A stretch of 56,729 bases of DNA from Alphaproteobacteria bacterium. GTDB lineage: Bacteria > Pseudomonadota > Alphaproteobacteria > UBA9219 > RGZA01. The first letter of the stretch is position 1. The number at the start of each line of letters is the position of its first letter. The notes beneath the pieces were generated by a model that did not search any database, had not been told where the DNA came from, and was given only the letters and a program-made list of their open reading frames with translations. Below, piece by piece: positions 1 to 8,296 of the stretch. The stretch covers positions 1 to 56,729 of the forward strand of contig JANQEX010000091.1 in NCBI GenBank assembly GCA_028278105.1, read 5' to 3'. The position numbers were made by a program, and so were the translations under genes.

Positions 1-105
1 GCCTCCGCAAAGCTTCGGCGCGACGGGTGCGCCAAGACCTCGGCGGTGCCGCAGGCGAAGCCGGGCGCGGGAATGTTCGTGTTGGTCATTGTCCATTGAA
101 CCTGG
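1..105. mobile_element. Right part of a MITE/REP composite (family 1) with a nested palindromic insert
   Basis: Ends in ATTGTCCATTGAACCTGG, matching the ends at 2203-2220 and, inverted, 50977-50994; nt 1-68 match the insert also seen at 963-1030, 2101-2170, 7217-7283. Confidence 0.7.
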
Positions 106-261
106 GGTTTGGCCCCTAACAAAAGCTGAAACTGTCACTTGGTGACCGGCAATCAAGGTGGGAAGGCAACAGAAAAAAGGCTATGCTGATCGAAACATTG
201 AAAATCACGGGACATTCTGATATGCTGCTATTTGCTGTTAATTCGCACATTACGGTTTGAC

Positions 262-555
262 ATGATCAACCTGCAGGACATCCATTCGCTCACCGATTTT
301 GCCCGCAACACGAAGAATTTCGCGCGCCGCCTGAAAAAAACGGGACGCCCGGCCATTCTTACGGTCAATGGACGCGCCGAGTTTGTCGTGCAGGAGGCGT
401 CATCCTATCAGCGCCTGCTGGATCTCGCGGTGCTGACCGAGAGCAAGCAGAAGCTTGACCGCAGCCTGGACGATCTTGAATCCGGTCGCACGCATGATTT
501 TGAAAAGACAGTAGCAAAATTAAAGGCCAAACGCTCCGGCAAATCCGCGAAGTAA
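262..555 (+). CDS. Phd/YefM family antitoxin
   Basis: IHSLTDFARN...GRPAILTVNGRAEFVV is the Phd/YefM N-terminal pattern; stop overlaps the toxin start (TAATG); ATG at 262 preferred over TTG at 232. Confidence 0.85.
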   Translation: MINLQDIHSLTDFARNTKNFARRLKKTGRPAILTVNGRAEFVVQEASSYQRLLDLAVLTESKQKLDRSLDDLESGRTHDFEKTVAKLKAKRSGKSAK

Positions 556-863
556 TGGCGATGAATTTCCGTATCTGCCTGACGGGCGAAGCCGTTCACG
601 ATCTTGAAAGCATTATGGATTATATTGCCCGCGACGCACCCAAGCGGGCGGAAGCGCATGTTGATGCGCTCTTGGGTAAAATCCGTAGCCTGAAATCCAT
701 GCCCAGGCGGTGCGCGCATGCGCCGGAGAACGGGTGGCGTGGTTACGAGTTGCGGCATCTGATTTACGGCGATTACCGGATTCTGTTCACGCTTGCGGGT
801 GAGACTGTAACGGTGTTACGGATCATTCACGGAGCAAAAATGCTCGATTATCCGGGAAATTAA
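555..863 (+). CDS. RelE/ParE family toxin
   Basis: 102 aa; A..DLE.I..YIA.D.P..A and YRILF...V.VLRIIHG pattern; coupled to the antitoxin. Confidence 0.85.
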   Translation: MAMNFRICLTGEAVHDLESIMDYIARDAPKRAEAHVDALLGKIRSLKSMPRRCAHAPENGWRGYELRHLIYGDYRILFTLAGETVTVLRIIHGAKMLDYPGN

Positions 864-901
864 CTCCTTCTCCGCAAGGTGCATGGATTATAACCGTGCC
901 C

Positions 902-1050
902 ATTCATATCCATTCACGTCATTCCAGCCAGGCGAGCCCCGCTCCCGTTGGAGTTTACCTCTGCGCCCGGCTTCGCCTGCGGCATCGCCGAGGTCCTGGC
1001 GCACCCGTCGCGCCGAAGCTTGCGGAGGCGGAAAAGCGGGGCGGGAATGC
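902..1050. repeat. REP-like composite palindrome
   Basis: GGAGTTTACC..GCGCCCGGCTTCGCC...GCGGGAATG nearly identical to 2088-2191; 902-940 resembles the reverse complement of about 7385-7421. Confidence 0.7.
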
Positions 1051-1106
1051 GCATATGGGAAATTTCCATACGGAAATTATTGGTTTTGCTATAGTTGGAG
1101 AGGCCC

Positions 1107-1676
1107 TCACAAAAACGACCCCGGTCCGGCGCGGCGTTGATAGGCGGCGATGGCGGCGTCGTATTGCCGGTCGGAAAGGGACGGGGGCGCGCCGCCCGCA
1201 TCTGTGGACGTTTCCTGCAACACGAGCGGCGTGGCAAGGCCCACGGCATAGCTGCGCCCGTCGGGACCGGCCTGATAGACGAAAGTAACGCTGTTTTTGT
1301 CGCCCTGTTCCCTGCGGCTTTCGATTTCCTTTTTTACCACGTCTTCACGGGCGCGAAGATGCTCCACCTGCGCGCGCTCAAACGGCGGCAGCAGCCCGTC
1401 GGGCGTGATGAAGCGCGCCGATGCGCCGGAAGTTTGCACGCCGGAAGATGCGTTTTCGAAAGCTTCGGAAAAACCTGGCTCACGGCTTGCCGGATTGTTT
1501 GCGCCCGGCGAGGAATGCGCCGCGCGGCGCGAGGACGCCTCGTCGCGGATCTGCACGACATTCGCGCCCGCATTCTTCGGAGTACGCGACGGCGGCTCAG
1601 CCTGCGGCGTTCCCGCAGCTTGCGTAAACTGTGGATAAATGACGGGCGCGGTCGGCCTCATACTAAGCAGTTTCAA
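1107..1676 (-). CDS. SprA-related family protein
   Basis: VEHLRAREDVV...FVYQAGPDGRSYAVG motif and C-terminal P.SLSDRQ...A pattern. Confidence 0.65.
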   Translation of the reverse strand: MKLLSMRPTAPVIYPQFTQAAGTPQAEPPSRTPKNAGANVVQIRDEASSRRAAHSSPGANNPASREPGFSEAFENASSGVQTSGASARFITPDGLLPPFERAQVEHLRAREDVVKKEIESRREQGDKNSVTFVYQAGPDGRSYAVGLATPLVLQETSTDAGGAPPSLSDRQYDAAIAAYQRRAGPGSFL

Positions 1677-1743
1677 AGGCCAATTCTTACCCGAAAGTTA
1701 AGAAACGCTTTTTTAAGAGATTGGGATTCCCGCCGCGGCAAAC

Positions 1744-1758
1744 GCGAACCGCATGCCA
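1744..1758 (-). promoter_or_regulatory. Possible sigma54 -24/-12 promoter
   Basis: Minus strand reads TGGCATGCGGTTCGC, with GG and GC at consensus spacing (TGGCACGNNNNTTGC). Confidence 0.4.
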
Positions 1759-1894
1759 GTTTTCCGCCGGGAAAATTTTCAGGCCGAATCGATGGGTTTC
1801 CGCTCTTCAGCAAAATCGCTTAGCGCGTTGATTTGAATCACAAACCGTCCTTGCGAGGAGGCCGAAGGGCTGACGAATCAATCCAGAAATATCT

Positions 1895-2070
1895 AATACC
1901 AGCGGTCTTATGAAATAACTCATCCCGAAAGCACGGACCGTCACCCCCGCGACGGCGGGGGTCTACGCTTTAAAACTTTTGTTTTGGTGGTTTTTTAGCG
2001 TGGATGCCCGCCTGCGTGGGCATGACGGTTCTTCCTATGGGATGGATCAGTTTATAAGGCCGTTGGTATT
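1895..2070. mobile_element. MITE (family 3) carrying a REP doublet
   Basis: Terminal inverted repeats AATACCAGCGGTCTTATGAA and reverse complement of TTTATAAGGCCGTTGGTATT; internal GTCACCCCCGCG..GCGGGGGTC and GGATGCCCGCCTGCGTGGGCATGAC hairpins. Confidence 0.7.
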
Positions 2071-2071
2071 T

Positions 2072-2220
2072 AAACTGGATTCCCGCTGGAGTTTATCCCC
2101 GCGCCCGGCTTCGCCTTCGGCTACGCCGAGGTCCTGGCGCATGTGTCGCGCCGAAGCTTTTGCGGAAGCGGACAAGCGGGGGCGGGAATGTTCGTGTTGG
2201 TAATTGTCCATTGAACCTAG
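2072..2220. mobile_element. MITE/REP composite (family 1) right part, ending in the purB stop codon
   Basis: CTGGATTCCCGC[insert]GCGGGAATGTTCGTGTTGGTAATTGTCCATTGAACCTAG; last 37 bp match 67-103 with one mismatch. Confidence 0.7.
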
Positions 2221-3509
2221 CCCAACACCCGCTCGAAAATCATATCCACGTTTTTGGTGTAGGTTGATTCGTCGAAAAGGGATTCCAGTTTTTCGCGGCC
2301 AAGCGCCTTGACGATGGCGGCATCGTCCAGAAGACAGTCGCGGAACAGCCCGCCTTTTTCCCAGACCTTCATCGCCGCCGCCTGAACCTTTTTATAGGCG
2401 TCTTCCCGGCTGACGCCGCCTTGCGTGAGGGCCAGAAGCACGCGCTGGGAATGGATCACGCCGCCCAGCGCATCAAGATTCTTGCGCATGCGTTCAGGAT
2501 AAACCACAAGCTCCCGCACCAGTTTTTCCAGCCGCGCGAGGGCGAAATCCAGCGCCAGGGTGGCGTCGGGCGCAAACACGCGCTCCACCGCCGAATGGGA
2601 AATATCGCGCTCGTGCCACAGCGCCACGTTTTCCATGGCCGGGATCACCGCCGCCCGCACGATGCGCGCGAGCCCCGTCAAATTCTCCGACAGGACCGGA
2701 TTGCGCTTGTGCGGCATGGCGGAAGAGCCTTTCTGGCCGCTGGCGAAGGGTTCTTCGGCTTCACGCAATTCGCTGCGTTGCAGATGGCGGATCTCAATGG
2801 CCAGGTTTTCGATGGACGCGGCGATGACGCCCAAGGTGGCGAAGAAAGCCGCATGCCGGTCGCGCGGAATGACCTGCGTGGATACCGGCTCCGGCCTCAA
2901 GCCCAGCTTTTCCGCGACATGTTTTTCAACGAAAGGGTCGATGGTGGCAAACGTGCCCACCGCGCCCGATATGGCGCAGGTGGCGATATCGTTCCTTGCC
3001 GCGGCGAGCCGCTCCCGGTTGCGGGCGAAGGCGGCGTAATGGCCCAGAAGCTTCAGGCCGAAGGTCGTCGGCTCGGCATGAATGCCGTGGCTGCGGCCGA
3101 TGCAAAGGGTGTTTTTATGCTCCAGCGCCCTTTCTTTCAGGGCATCCAGCAGCCGGTCCAGATCTTCCAGCAGGATATCGGATGCCTGCCTTAGCTGAAA
3201 GGCAAGGGCCGTGTCCAGCACGTCGCTGGACGTCATGCCCTGATGCACAAAGCGGGCTTCATCCCCCACATGCTCGGCAAGGCTGGTGAGGAAGGCCAGA
3301 ACGTCGTGGCGCGTTTCCTGCTCGATTTCGTCGATGCGGGCGATATTGAAGCCGCCGCGTTCGCGCACGGCCTTTGCCGCCTCCTTGGGGATCACGCCAA
3401 GCTCGGCCTGCGCCTCGCAGGCGGCGGCCTCAATCTCAAGCCAGATGCGAAACTTGTTCTCAGGCTCCCAGATGCGCGCCATTCCGGCGCGGCTGTAACG
3501 CGGGATCAT
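2217..3509 (-). CDS. purB: Adenylosuccinate lyase
   Basis: MIPRYSR start, GRSHGIHAEP and signature GSSAMPHKRNP. Confidence 0.97.
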   Translation of the reverse strand: MIPRYSRAGMARIWEPENKFRIWLEIEAAACEAQAELGVIPKEAAKAVRERGGFNIARIDEIEQETRHDVLAFLTSLAEHVGDEARFVHQGMTSSDVLDTALAFQLRQASDILLEDLDRLLDALKERALEHKNTLCIGRSHGIHAEPTTFGLKLLGHYAAFARNRERLAAARNDIATCAISGAVGTFATIDPFVEKHVAEKLGLRPEPVSTQVIPRDRHAAFFATLGVIAASIENLAIEIRHLQRSELREAEEPFASGQKGSSAMPHKRNPVLSENLTGLARIVRAAVIPAMENVALWHERDISHSAVERVFAPDATLALDFALARLEKLVRELVVYPERMRKNLDALGGVIHSQRVLLALTQGGVSREDAYKKVQAAAMKVWEKGGLFRDCLLDDAAIVKALGREKLESLFDESTYTKNVDMIFERVLG

Positions 3510-4039
3510 GGATAGCGCTGCCTTGCCTGCGGCCCCGTGGGCTCTTCCTCGTCCACCGGATTATAGAGATAGGGGTTCTGGTAGGGATAGGAGTCGGGGT
3601 ACGACACCACATCGCCCGTGGCCAGCGCACAGGTGGTTCCGCCCGGCGTATTCAGGCGGCCGGAGCAGCTTGTGGGCTCCCAGCCCCGCGCGCGCATGCA
3701 TTCGATCAGCACGCCTTCGGGCGAGGTCAGGCACCCGGTTTGCGTGTCGATCTTCGTGGCGCTGGTCTCGGCCAGACGCCCCAGATCAGGCTGCATGACC
3801 GCCGCTTCGCTATGCGGGTAGTTCATGGGGTAGTTGCTGCAACGGCATTGGGCCAGGTCGTGGTTCAGCTTGGTCTGCGCCTGACTCTGCGGCATGAAAA
3901 CATTCGGGTCGCTGATGGGCCGCCAATAGCTGAACGCCGTGAGATAGATGCTGGGCTTCCAGTCATCATCGCCGTTGCTGCAGGCCGTGGCCAGCAGGAC
4001 AAGGCCGGCGAGAAGAGCCAAGAGAAAGGGGCGGACCAT
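3506..4039 (-). CDS. Cys-rich lipoprotein of unknown function
   Basis: Start reassigned to MVRPFLLALLAGLVLLATAC (lipobox); ECMRARGW motif; stop overlaps the purB start. Confidence 0.7.
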   Translation of the reverse strand: MVRPFLLALLAGLVLLATACSNGDDDWKPSIYLTAFSYWRPISDPNVFMPQSQAQTKLNHDLAQCRCSNYPMNYPHSEAAVMQPDLGRLAETSATKIDTQTGCLTSPEGVLIECMRARGWEPTSCSGRLNTPGGTTCALATGDVVSYPDSYPYQNPYLYNPVDEEEPTGPQARQRYP

Positions 4040-4124
4040 GAAAAATCCTTTTGCTTCAGGGCTTTCAGAATAATGCCGGGTTTTCCCATGGTCCAGCCCT
4101 ATCACGGGGGCCGAATCCGCCGGG

Positions 4125-4194
4125 GAAGGGGCAAAAGGGTCACGAGGGTCAACGGGGTCAACAAAAAAGACCCTCATAACCTTTCCAGCCCTCA
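4125..4194. repeat. GGGTC/GACCC 9-bp-period palindromic array, copy A
   Basis: gaaggggca-aaagggtca-cgagggtca-acggggtca, spacer, gaccctcat-aacctttcc-agccctca. Confidence 0.75.
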
Positions 4195-4893
4195 CAGCAG
4201 CCCTTGTTCCTTGAAGCTGACATGCCGCCCGTTGCCGATCACGATATGGTCATGCAGCACGACGCCGACGGATTTCGCCGCCACGGCCAGATCACGGGTC
4301 ATCACGATGTCGTCCTTGGACGGGGTTGGATCCCCGCTGGGATGGTTGTGCACGAGAATGATCGCGCCCGCGCCCAGATCCAGCGCGCGCTTGATGACCT
4401 CCCGCACGTAAACGGGGGTGTGGTCGATGGTGCCGCGCTGCTGCAACTCGTCGGCGATCAGGCAGTTCTTGCGGTTGAGAAACAGAACGCGAAGCTGCTC
4501 GCGCGTTTCGTGCCCCAAAACGGCAAAGCAGTAATCAAGGATTTTCTGCCAGTTGCTCAAGACCGGGCGGTCCATGATTTCCGCGCGGCCGATGAGCAGA
4601 TGCGCGGCCGCGATGGCCTTCAGCAGCGCCACGACGCCGTCACCCAGCCCGAATTCGCGCAAGGCGGCCTGCTCGGCCATCAGCACGCCTTTCAGCCCCG
4701 AAAAGCGGGCAAGAAGCTGCTTGGCCAGCGGCTTGACGTCGCGCTGGGGGATGGCGGCGAACAACAGCAATTCCAGCAACTCGTATTCCTGCAGCGCGTC
4801 CGTCCCGCCAGAAAGAAACCGCTCGCGCAAGCGCCGGCGGTGGCCGGCGTAATGGGGCGGGGATTTTTCTTTTGTTGAAGCAGACTGCGTCAT
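4192..4893 (-). CDS. radC: RadC family JAB-domain protein
   Basis: GHRRRLRERF, ELLELLL and HNHPSGDPTPS.DD...HDH motifs. Confidence 0.95.
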   Translation of the reverse strand: MTQSASTKEKSPPHYAGHRRRLRERFLSGGTDALQEYELLELLLFAAIPQRDVKPLAKQLLARFSGLKGVLMAEQAALREFGLGDGVVALLKAIAAAHLLIGRAEIMDRPVLSNWQKILDYCFAVLGHETREQLRVLFLNRKNCLIADELQQRGTIDHTPVYVREVIKRALDLGAGAIILVHNHPSGDPTPSKDDIVMTRDLAVAAKSVGVVLHDHIVIGNGRHVSFKEQGLL

Positions 4894-5729
4894 GCCTGCG
4901 GCGCGGGGTAGGGCGGGGCGGCATGGCCCGCGGGGGAGAGCGTGAAAATCTCGTGGCCGGTTTCCGTCACCCCAATCGTATGCTCGAACTGGGCGGAGAG
5001 CGAGCGGTCGCGCGTGACCGCCGTCCAGCCGTCGGAAAGAACCTTTATCTCATGGCGTCCGGCATTGATCATCGGCTCCACCGTAAAGATCATGCCCGGT
5101 TTCAGCGTCATGCCGGCGCCCGGCTTGCCATAATGCAGCACTGATGGCGGCTGGTGAAAGACCAGTCCCACGCCATGCCCGCAAAAATCGCGCACCACCG
5201 AAAAGCGGTTGGCCTCGGCATGGGCCTGGATGGCGTGGCCGATATCCCCCAGGGTGGCCCCCGGCTTCACCTGTCCGATGCCCTTCATCATGCAGGCATA
5301 AGTCACGTCCACCAGCTTGCGGGCTTTTAAAGGCGGGGTCCCCACACAGAACATGCGGCTGGTGTCGCCATGCCAGCCGTTCAAGATAACGGTAACGTCG
5401 ATATTGGCGATATCGCCATCCTCCAGCTTTTTGTCGCCGGGAATTCCGTGGCACACCACGTGATTGGGCGAGATGCAGGTCGCCTTGGGAAAGCCGCGAT
5501 AGCCCAGGGGGGCGGGGCTGGCGCCATGGTCGCGCATAAATTCCTCACATAACGCATCCAGCCTTCCGGTTTCCGCGCCGGGTTGAACATGCGGCGTGAT
5601 ATAGTCAAGCACCTCCGCCGCCAGGCGGCCGGCCTTGCGCATGCCTTCGAAAGCGGCGTCATTATGGATGACGACCTTCTCCGCCTCATGGGCGAATTCG
5701 GCGTAATCGTCGAAGCTGCCTTCTTTCAT
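4890..5729 (-). CDS. map: Methionine aminopeptidase type I
   Basis: VCHGIPG, NIDVT..GWHGDTSR, GHGVG..FH, FTVEPM, AQFEHT; start placed at MKEGSF (uncertain). Confidence 0.95.
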   Translation of the reverse strand: MKEGSFDDYAEFAHEAEKVVIHNDAAFEGMRKAGRLAAEVLDYITPHVQPGAETGRLDALCEEFMRDHGASPAPLGYRGFPKATCISPNHVVCHGIPGDKKLEDGDIANIDVTVILNGWHGDTSRMFCVGTPPLKARKLVDVTYACMMKGIGQVKPGATLGDIGHAIQAHAEANRFSVVRDFCGHGVGLVFHQPPSVLHYGKPGAGMTLKPGMIFTVEPMINAGRHEIKVLSDGWTAVTRDRSLSAQFEHTIGVTETGHEIFTLSPAGHAAPPYPAPQA

Positions 5730-5808
5730 CACTTCTTGCCCGCCGGCGCGGCCTTGTCCGGTGAAAACCATAAAAATCAAATACGTACCATAGGGCAAGC
5801 GTCTCCAC

Positions 5809-5837
5809 TTGCCGCATGGAAAAAACTGCTTTAGCAT
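5809..5837 (+). promoter_or_regulatory. Putative sigma70 promoter for greA
   Basis: TTGCCG-17 bp-TAGCAT about 105 bp upstream of the greA ATG. Confidence 0.45.
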
Positions 5838-5855
5838 CTTTTTTCGAAGGATGCG

Positions 5856-5895
5856 CGCCCGCCCTTTTCCGAAAGGCCGGGGCGTTTTTTTGTTT
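5856..5895 (+). terminator. Terminator-like hairpin in the greA leader
   Basis: Imperfect GC stem CGCCC..CCTTT/AAAGG..GGGCG followed by TTTTTTTGTTT. Confidence 0.5.
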
Positions 5896-5942
5896 CAAAA
5901 ATCAAAGACTTAACCGTAACTGCTTTCAGATCAGGGGCAGAC

Positions 5943-6416
5943 ATGGAAAAGATTCCCATGACGCGGGGCGGATACGACCGCCTGAGCGAGGAATTGAAGG
6001 AATTGAAATCAACGCAGCGTCCGGCGGTAATCCGGGCGATTGCCGAAGCGCGCGAGCAGGGCGACCTATCGGAAAACGCCGAATACCACGCCGCGCGCGA
6101 GCGTCAGGGCTTCATTGAAGGCCGCATTAGCGAGTTGGAAGACAAAATTTCCCGCGCCGAGGTCATCGACGTGGAAAGCCTCTCCGGGAAAACCATCAAG
6201 TTCGGCGCGACGGTGACGCTGGCCGACGAAGACACCGGCGAAAAAGTCACCTACCAGATCGTGGGACAGGACGAAGCCGATATTAAAAAAGGCCTGCTTT
6301 CCATCACCTCGCCGCTGGGACGGGCGCTGATCGGCAAGTCCGTGAAGGACGGAGTGGAAATCAACACGCCCGGCGGCACCAAGGCCTATGAAATTTTGAA
6401 GGTGGCGTTCAAATAA
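5943..6416 (+). CDS. greA: Transcription elongation factor GreA
   Basis: [18 protein letters not shown] and [13 protein letters not shown]. Confidence 0.97.
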   Translation: MEKIPMTRGGYDRLSEELKELKSTQRPAVIRAIAEAREQGDLSENAEYHAARERQGFIEGRISELEDKISRAEVIDVESLSGKTIKFGATVTLADEDTGEKVTYQIVGQDEADIKKGLLSITSPLGRALIGKSVKDGVEINTPGGTKAYEILKVAFK

Positions 6417-6476
6417 TTCGGGTATAAGAACCCCTCCGGCCATGATTCCGCCGGGAAGCCGGGCTATCGCCGTTCC

Positions 6477-7121
6477 ATGCAACACGTCGCCACCCTCGCA
6501 GACCTTTGGCAGGCCGTCGTTCTCTTTTTCGAGAATGTCGATATCTACGAGCTGATCCAGCGGCACGGCACGTGGTTTTACACCATCACGTTCGTCTGGG
6601 CCTTTCTGGAGGGCGAGACCTTCCTGATCTTCGCGGGCGCGGCGGCGGCGCAGGGCGCGCTTGACGTATGGATTCTGATGCTGTGCGCGGCCACCGGAAC
6701 CTTTTGCGGCGATAACGTCTATTTCCTTCTTGGCCGCCGCTTCGGCCATGCCCTGCTCAACAAAAATCCCAAACGCAAGCGCGCGGCCGAAAAGGTTTTC
6801 GAGCTTCTGCGCAAATACGACGTGGCTTTCATTCTCGCCTATCGCTATCTCTACGGCGTGCGGATGATCAGCGCCTTCGCCATCGGCATGAGCGGAATGG
6901 ATTTCGGGAAATATGCGTTCTGGAACGGCGTGGCCTCGGCGCTGTGGGCGTTCAGCTTTGCCATGACCGGCTATCTGTTCGGCGAGGTGCTGGAAAACGT
7001 GATGGGCGACATCCATTACGTGATGATCGGCCTGGTGGTGGCGGTGGCGGGTTTCTTTGCCGTGAAAGCGCTGATCAAGAAATTCCGCCACCACCGGCAT
7101 AAATGGCCGTGGAGCCGCTAA
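6477..7121 (+). CDS. DedA family membrane protein
   Basis: FLEGET, GDNVYFLLGR and RYLYGVR motifs. Confidence 0.9.
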   Translation: MQHVATLADLWQAVVLFFENVDIYELIQRHGTWFYTITFVWAFLEGETFLIFAGAAAAQGALDVWILMLCAATGTFCGDNVYFLLGRRFGHALLNKNPKRKRAAEKVFELLRKYDVAFILAYRYLYGVRMISAFAIGMSGMDFGKYAFWNGVASALWAFSFAMTGYLFGEVLENVMGDIHYVMIGLVVAVAGFFAVKALIKKFRHHRHKWPWSR

Positions 7122-7165
7122 TGACAAAATCAACACACAGTAACACGCTGAAATATCATGTTTTT

Positions 7166-7461
7166 CTAGGGTCTGAACTCAATTTAACCAAATGTCATGC
7201 CTGCCCCGGCTTCTCCGCCTCCGCAAACTTCGGCGCGACGGGTGTGCCAGGACCTCGGCGTAGCCGCAGGCGAAGCCGGGCGCAGGGGCAGGCTCCAGCC
7301 TTTAGTCCCCGCGAAAGCGGGGATCACATCCAGAAAATTCAAACGGTTAAACTGGATTCCAGCTCGCGCTCGCCCCGGCTCCCGCCGGGGTACGCTTGGC
7401 TGGAATGAGGTGAAAGTGAATCTTTTCAAGGGGCAATTCTTAAATTGAGTCTAGACCCTAA
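7166..7461. mobile_element. MITE (family 2) with internal REP hairpins
   Basis: TAGGGTCTGAACTCAATTT at the left and AAATTGAGTCTAGACCCTA at the right (19 bp inverted, 2 mismatches); left end repeated at 56630. Confidence 0.75.
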
Positions 7462-7530
7462 AAACACTTTTAGGGCTTGTAAACCATTTCACTTTATACA
7501 CCGTATATAGATTAGCATAGGATGGCCTAA

Positions 7531-7815
7531 ATGAAAAACCTCAAGCCCATCGAAGAAATTGTAAAAGAAACCCTCTCGGGCCATTTTGATCACATCCGCA
7601 TATTAAAAATTGATGTTCAAAAAGATGTCGATGCCGATGGTGACGATGTGTTGCTGATTAATGTGATATTTGACGGCTCCCCCAAGGATCTGGACGCCGA
7701 GAAACTGTCCGGCCTGACAAGATATCTGCGTCCCGAACTGGACAAGATTCACGAGTCCGGGCTTCCTCTCCTGTCCTTTATCTCAAAAGCAGATTACGAA
7801 GCCCGTGCTTCCTGA
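7531..7815 (+). CDS. Small acidic protein, probable partner of the HEPN protein
   Basis: 94 aa, AT-richer, overlaps the HEPN gene start; DVDADGDDVLLINVIF acidic strand but no clear GS nucleotidyltransferase motif. Confidence 0.6.
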   Translation: MKNLKPIEEIVKETLSGHFDHIRILKIDVQKDVDADGDDVLLINVIFDGSPKDLDAEKLSGLTRYLRPELDKIHESGLPLLSFISKADYEARAS

Positions 7816-8281
7816 TGATCTACTAAAAACCGCAGCCTTTCTGGTTCATTCTGGGTCCAATCGCCCCAGACAAGCGGATTTGCGCCGTGCAGTCAGCACG
7901 GCATATTATGCAATGTTCCATGCTTTGGCCAAATGTGGCGCAGACTCACTTGTCGGAAGCGCCGGGGCGCAACGCAGTGACGAGGCATGGAAGCAGGCTT
8001 ACAGGGCCCTCGATCATGGTTTTGTCAGAAAAGCCTGCGACAAAAAGGATATATTCACCAAATTCCCGTCGGAGATTCAGGACTTTGCAAATTTGTTTCT
8101 GGAAATGCAGGTTAAAAGACATAAGGCTGATTATGATCCAAACGAAAAGCTATTCAAATCAGCCGTATTGGTCGATATTAACCGTGTTGAATCCGTTGTT
8201 GAAAAATTTAAAACTGCATCACTCAAAGATAGGCGGGCATTTGCAATCTTCGTTCTTTTAAGGCCGCCCCGTAAATTTTAA
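7805..8281 (+). CDS. HEPN-domain protein (UPF0332-like)
   Basis: RRAVSTAYYAMFHAL and RHKADY (RxxxxY) motifs; GTG start. Confidence 0.75.
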   Translation: MLPDDLLKTAAFLVHSGSNRPRQADLRRAVSTAYYAMFHALAKCGADSLVGSAGAQRSDEAWKQAYRALDHGFVRKACDKKDIFTKFPSEIQDFANLFLEMQVKRHKADYDPNEKLFKSAVLVDINRVESVVEKFKTASLKDRRAFAIFVLLRPPRKF

Positions 8282-8296
8282 CAAGCGCTCCCATGC

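Noticed and set aside
883-1823. Plus-strand ORFs 883-1140, 896-1288, 1095-1823 and similar ORFs at 1979-2203, 7103-7448, 23292-23474, 34778-34992
   Set aside because: They translate REP/MITE sequence or the antisense of a real gene; the recurring peptide reflects the DNA repeat.
4192-4893. radC as a marker of a mobile or anti-restriction element
   Set aside because: Full-length form in a housekeeping map-radC-purB context with host-like composition.
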